Part shown: in pieces, positions 62,015-64,000 of the stretch
Numbering within the stretch: the stretch's first letter is position 1
Layout of the letters: every line of letters begins with the position of its first letter
Position numbers and translations under genes: made by a program
The notes under the pieces: model-generated
Seen by the model: the letters and a program-made list of their open reading frames with translations, nothing else
What the model was told of the DNA's origin: nothing
Databases searched by the model: none
NCBI RefSeq assembly: GCF_009914755.1
Contig: NC_060936.1
Source of the DNA: the human T2T-CHM13v2.0 reference genome, Homo sapiens
Strand: one strand, 5' to 3'
Length of the DNA: 64,000 bases

Positions 62015-62545
62015 TTTTAAAACAAGTCCGCAAATCCCTAGATATTCCTACCTTCAAGAGGCAATACCTGCCTCCTTCCACTTGCAACTGGGTGAACCTT
62101 AGTGACTTGTTTACAACCAATGGAAGGTAGATAAAATGACCCTTCAGTACATGATTTTTGACATTATATTTTAAAAAGATGCAGCTTCTACTTTGCTCAA
62201 TGGAACAATCACACTGGAGGACTGAGCCACCTGGTAGGAAGACCACTTAATCTGAAACCACTTTATCTGAAACCACTTTATCCCACCATATTGTGAGGAA
62301 GCCCAAGCCGCGGGGTCAGCCTCTAGCTGGGGTCCCAGCCAAAGGTTATCACCAATCACCCAGTGGGAGAGTAATTGGATTCACTTGATTCCAGTCCCTG
62401 GCCATTGACTCTTCCCAGATAAGTCCCCACACATCTTGAACAGAAACAAACCATTCCCATGTTCCTTGTCTGAATTTCTGACCTGTAGAAACCTTGGATA
62501 AAATAAAACAATTATTTTGTAAGAATTTGCAAGTTTTTGCATGGC
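62015..62545 (+). mobile_element. MLT1 (G/H-like) MaLR LTR
   Basis: TTAGTGACTTG...GTGAGGAAGCCCAAGC...TCTGAATTTCTGACC. Confidence 0.6.
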
Positions 62546-63756
62546 TTCTTCCTGCAACAAGAGCCTTTCACTGATGTTGGTTTCTTTGTCGTTCTTAAGG
62601 CTCCCTGCAGCCATCTCTAGAGGCTCGGTTTAGTCATCATTTCCACCCAGTGGCCTCCACCCTAGATCTGGATGAGGATGGGCCCCAACATTGTGTTTCC
62701 ACATCACCCCGGGCATGCCGTCCTGTCCTCCCCACACGGTTTGATCTTTACATCCCTCTGTGTCTATTTCTCCCACCATCATGTGAGTGCCTCATCCAGG
62801 AGGGACTGCATCGGGTCCTCCTCACCTCTGAGCTCTCATCTCCTTCCTACCTTAGTCCATGGCAGTGAATGAGCATCCAATAAATCCATTTCTAATTTGT
62901 CTTGAAAAGAGACAACTGGGGTCTCGGATGAAACCACGCAAATCACAATGTTCTGAATGGATATCAAAGAGTGGCCTCATTAATTAGATATAGGACAGGG
63001 AGCAAAAGCTGTGTTCTTGAATAAAATTGTCTGTAAATAGCTAGACTTAAAGCAACTAGTGTGATTAGATCAAGAAAGGTATCAGAAAAAAGAAAAAAGC
63101 AGCTTTGTATTTACAAAAAAAGAAGAGAAAGGATTTTCATATATAAAAGCAGTAGGCGCTCAGAATCCAGAATTGATGCAACAAACAAGGTGAGGCTCTT
63201 TTTTAAGAAGTGATTCGTTATCTAGACCAGGTGACATTTATTGTCTACCTAGTCAGATATTTAAAATAAGATTTTTGACAAGTAGAAAAATATGTTCCAG
63301 GCTTGTCTTCTAAGTAGGCAAAATATTAACTTGAAAGAAATTATTCGTTTGTACAACTCAAAGGAAAAATAGAACAGAAAGGGAAAATAGAACAGAAAGA
63401 AAAAAAAACTATAAAGAAAGGAATTTCATCTGGCTTTGAAGAGTTACCTATTCCTTAGGTGATTAAGCAAAGAAGAAAGAAGGAAAACATACTGTAAGGA
63501 ACAGAAGGAAGAAGAAAAGGAAGGAAAAAAGGAAAGAGAAAAGAGGCAAAGAAAGAGAAAGGACAGAAGAAAGACGGGGAATTCTATGGGTGATCTCTCA
63601 AGGGAATATTTTAGCGCCTTTGGCAGGGAGCAAAGATAAAATCAAAGAATGATTTTCTCTTGTGTATACTAATTATGTGAAATGGATCATCTCTAAAGTC
63701 TGCACCACTAAAATTAGAAACACACTCAGGAGGTGTTTAGATAAATACATGGATAA

Positions 63757-64000
<244 letters not shown>

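Overview
Repeat-rich, non-coding catarrhine primate DNA, most likely human (AluY/AluS/AluJ, HERV-H LTR7C). I see no convincing exon, RNA gene, CpG island or CRISPR array. The supplied ORFs are short or fall inside Alus, LTRs, L1 or simple repeats. The window holds 23 Alus, old L1/L2/MIR fragments, several hAT DNA-transposon relics and about 14 ERV1 solo LTRs, many with readable target-site duplications (TSDs). It includes an LTR nested in an LTR and a stack of 6 LTRs in about 3.2 kb of one old L1. The most distinctive element is a 1.44-kb minisatellite (39617-41054; 65 full 22-bp units plus a partial one). Almost all its variation falls in the two central bases of a CANNTG E-box (32 CACGTG, 21 CATCTG, others). 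It has higher-order blocks, and its unit matches a 21-bp MIR-derived sequence about 2.5 kb upstream. Two old L1 copies show twin-priming-type inversions. Family names come from recalled consensus sequences, not a database search. No new biological system is demonstrated; the E-box VNTR is the best candidate for follow-up.
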